Sequence record: SRR2962707_917
DNA length: 52,030 nt
Reading direction: 5' to 3' (one strand)
Part shown: in pieces, positions 49,174 through 52,030 of the stretch
Layout of the letters: each line of letters opens with the position of its first letter
Numbering within the stretch: the first letter of the stretch is position 1
Program-made: the position numbers and the translations under genes
The notes under the pieces: model-generated
What the model was told of the DNA's origin: nothing
What the model saw: only the letters and a program-made list of their open reading frames with translations
The model's database searches: none

Positions 49174-51999
49174 ATGACATTGCATCAACCGGAGCTAGAA
49201 ACGTCGCCGAAAGTGTCCGATGAAATCCGGAAAACCACGTGTTATATGTGTGCCTGTCGATGCGGTATCAACGTCCATATGAAGGACGGAAAAGCGGCCT
49301 ATATTGAAGGCAACCGAGATCACCCGGTCAACAAGGGGGTCCTTTGTGCCAAAGGCAGCGCCGGGATCATGCAACACAACGCGCCTTCTCGGCTGCGTGC
49401 TCCCTTGAAGCGGGTCGGGCCGCGCGGCTCTGGGGAATTCGAAGAAATTACTTGGGACGAAGCCTTAGAGCTGGCGGAATCTTGGCTTGCCCCTATTCGT
49501 CGCGACAACCCTGAAAAACTGGCCTTCTTTACCGGGCGAGATCAGTCCCAGTCCTTCACCAGCTTTTGGGCCCAAAACTTCGGAACGCCGAACTATGCCG
49601 CACATGGCGGTTTTTGCTCAGTGAACATGGCGACGGCTGGTATCTATACGATGGGCGGCGCCTTCTGGGAATTTGGGCAACCTGATTGGGAACGCACCAA
49701 GCTTTTCATGATTTTTGGAGTAGCAGAAGACCACGACAGCAATCCAATCAAAATGGGCCTTGGTCGCTTGAAAGAACGGGGCGCAAAGGTCATCGGCGTG
49801 AACCCAATCCGCTCTGGCTACAATGCCATTGCAGATGAATGGCTCGGGATAACACCGGGAACTGATGGTCTGTTGATTCTGTCTCTGATCTACGAACTGA
49901 TGCGGGCCGGAAGAATCGATCTCGACTACCTTGCACGCTACACAAATGCGCCCGTATTGCTGAATTGTGACCCTAATTCACCCGACTTTGGCCTGTTTTT
50001 ACGCGATGACGACGGCAAGCAACTTGTCATAGACTGCGCCACAGGGAAATTATCACCGTTCGATACACCCGGAGTTCGACCAAAACTAACTGGTTCGCTT
50101 CGCCGCGCTGGTATCACGCATCGAACCGTGATGGATCAGATGGCAACCAAATACCTTGACCCCGCTTACGCGCCAGAGGCCGTGGCGCAACGTTGCGGTA
50201 TTGCCGCAGACAAAATCAAACGGGTCGCCGCAGAAATTGCCCGAGTCGCATTCGACGAGGCCATCGAGATCGATCAGCCCTGGACAGATTTCCGGGGCGA
50301 ACGTCACAGTAAAATGGTGGGTCGCCCGGTCAGTTTCCACGCAATGCGAGGCATCAGCGCCCATTCGAACGGATTTCAGACCTGTCGAGCACTGCATGTT
50401 TTGCAAATCCTTTTGGGCTCGGTCGAAGTGCCCGGTGGTTTTCGTTTCAAACCACCCTATCCAAAACCAGCAACCGCGCATCCCAAACCCCATTGTGGGG
50501 TCACCCCCGGTGCACCGTTGGACGGGCCACATCTCGGGTTTGTACAGGGTCCAGACGATTTGGCGCTAAAACCAGATGGCTCGCCTGCGCGCATCGACAA
50601 AGCGTTCACTTGGGAAAACCCCATGAGCGCACATGGCATGATGCATATGGTGATTTCAAACGCCCATGCCGGTGACCCCTATAAGATAGATACCCTGTTT
50701 CTCTATATGGCGAATATGGCTTGGAACTCGTCGATGAACACGGGCGGTGTGATGAAAATGCTCGCGGACACCGACAATAACGGTGACTACAAAATTCCGC
50801 ATATCATTTATTCCGACGCCTACTCGAGCGAAATGGTCGCCTACGCGGACCTCATACTCCCGGACACCACATACCTGGAACGACATGATTGCATCAGCCT
50901 GTTAGACCGGCCGATCTCCGAAGCAGACGCTGCCGCAGACGCCATTCGTTGGCCAGTCGTGGAACCTGACAGGGATGTACGCGGCTTCCAATCGGTGTTG
51001 TGCGATCTGGGCGCACGGCTCAATCTGCCTGGATTTGTCACCGAAGACGGCACCCAGAAATATGCCGATTACGCCGACTATATCGTAAACCACGAACGCA
51101 AACCCGGCATCGGACCCTTGGCCGGTTGGCGAAAAGACAACGATGCCCTGTCCCATGGCCGTGGCACTCCAAATTCAAGGCAGCTGGACAGCTACATTGA
51201 AAACGGCGGATTTTTTGTGTCGCATATTCCCGAAGAGGCGCAATTCTATAAACCTTGGAACCAAGCGTATCAGGAGTGGGCCGTCAAGCTGGGCCTCTTT
51301 GACAGCCCCCAACCCTATCTGTTTGAGCTCTACGTCGAACCCTTACGCCGTTTCCAACTTGCTGCCGAAGGCCATGGTGATCGCCAGCCCCCAGACCATC
51401 TGCGCGAACAGATCAAGGCAACCCTTGATCCTTTGCCGATTTGGTACCCACCTATGGAAGACGGCCACATCGATCCTGAAGAATTTCCCATTCACGCGCT
51501 GACTCAGCGCCCAATGGCAATGTACCACAGCTGGGGATCGCAAAACGCCTGGCTCCGCCAAGTCCACGGCCACAATCCTCTCTATCTGCCCAGCGCTCTT
51601 TGGGGCAAACATGATTTCCATGACGGTGATTGGGCTCGGGTAACCTCAGCGCATGGCGAAATTACAGTGCCTGTCGCGCACATGGCGGCCTTAAATGAAA
51701 ACACGGTCTGGACATGGAACGCGGTCGGAAAACGCAAAGGCGCTTGGGCTCTTGAAGAAGGCGCACCAGAAAGCACCAAAGGCTTCTTGCTCAACCACTT
51801 GATCCACGAACTCCTGCCCCCGCGCGGCGACGGTTTAAGATGGTCCAATTCTGACCCCGTAACCGGACAGGCCGCTTGGTTTGATCTTCGCGTAAAAATC
51901 GAAAAAACCACCCCTCAGGATCAAAGCCTCCCCCGAATTCCACCTCAGACCTCTCCGGTCAAACAAAGCAAAGCTCATCCGAAACAAAAAACACCATGA
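49174..51999 (+). CDS. soeA: Molybdopterin oxidoreductase catalytic subunit, SoeA-type cytoplasmic sulfite dehydrogenase
   Basis: TTCYMCACRCG...LCAKG [4Fe-4S] motif, AHGGFCSVN, HAMRGISAHSNGF, HSWGSQNAWLRQ, SDPVTGQAAWFD; no Tat signal. Confidence 0.8.
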   Translation: MTLHQPELETSPKVSDEIRKTTCYMCACRCGINVHMKDGKAAYIEGNRDHPVNKGVLCAKGSAGIMQHNAPSRLRAPLKRVGPRGSGEFEEITWDEALELAESWLAPIRRDNPEKLAFFTGRDQSQSFTSFWAQNFGTPNYAAHGGFCSVNMATAGIYTMGGAFWEFGQPDWERTKLFMIFGVAEDHDSNPIKMGLGRLKERGAKVIGVNPIRSGYNAIADEWLGITPGTDGLLILSLIYELMRAGRIDLDYLARYTNAPVLLNCDPNSPDFGLFLRDDDGKQLVIDCATGKLSPFDTPGVRPKLTGSLRRAGITHRTVMDQMATKYLDPAYAPEAVAQRCGIAADKIKRVAAEIARVAFDEAIEIDQPWTDFRGERHSKMVGRPVSFHAMRGISAHSNGFQTCRALHVLQILLGSVEVPGGFRFKPPYPKPATAHPKPHCGVTPGAPLDGPHLGFVQGPDDLALKPDGSPARIDKAFTWENPMSAHGMMHMVISNAHAGDPYKIDTLFLYMANMAWNSSMNTGGVMKMLADTDNNGDYKIPHIIYSDAYSSEMVAYADLILPDTTYLERHDCISLLDRPISEADAAADAIRWPVVEPDRDVRGFQSVLCDLGARLNLPGFVTEDGTQKYADYADYIVNHERKPGIGPLAGWRKDNDALSHGRGTPNSRQLDSYIENGGFFVSHIPEEAQFYKPWNQAYQEWAVKLGLFDSPQPYLFELYVEPLRRFQLAAEGHGDRQPPDHLREQIKATLDPLPIWYPPMEDGHIDPEEFPIHALTQRPMAMYHSWGSQNAWLRQVHGHNPLYLPSALWGKHDFHDGDWARVTSAHGEITVPVAHMAALNENTVWTWNAVGKRKGAWALEEGAPESTKGFLLNHLIHELLPPRGDGLRWSNSDPVTGQAAWFDLRVKIEKTTPQDQSLPRIPPQTSPVKQSKAHPKQKTP

Positions 52000-52030
52000 T
52001 CCCATATCTTTTGGCCCAAAATATCCCGGG

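Noticed and set aside
1-52030. CRISPR arrays, tRNA/rRNA genes, IS elements, integrases or phage genes
   Set aside because: No regularly spaced repeats, RNA gene signatures or transposase/integrase motifs seen; nearly all sequence is explained by the listed CDSs.

Overview
Alphaproteobacterial DNA, most likely Rhodobacteraceae/Roseobacter group, judged from gene content and synteny. 1-15000 is a conserved housekeeping block: the 5' end of trxA, addA, addB, a murU-like nucleotidyltransferase, tsaE, a kinase-less DivL-like PAS protein, regB-senC-regA, a GNAT, an HD hydrolase and ahcY. The amgK-type phosphotransferase usually found between tsaE and murU is absent. About 15100-48800 is an apparently complete ~34 kb Wzx/Wzy-type surface-polysaccharide locus. 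It has seven glycosyltransferases, a flippase, a Wzy/ligase-like protein, a split and convergent Wzc, an O-acetyltransferase, NDP-sugar oxidoreductases and a secreted SGNH + GH-like + RTX protein. Embedded in it is a translationally coupled type I PKS - GT2 - NRPS - PPTase cassette. The NRPS reads formyltransferase - C remnant - Gly-type A domain interrupted by a luciferase-like monooxygenase - PCP. The PKS has an aminoacyl-accepting KS, an atypical AT motif and a DH inserted inside the KR. No priming phosphoglycosyltransferase or Wza is visible. The most interesting inference is that a formyl-glycine-primed hybrid acyl unit is made to decorate or anchor the glycan. The window ends with soeA (molybdopterin sulfite dehydrogenase). 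All calls come from motif reading by eye; no database searches were run.
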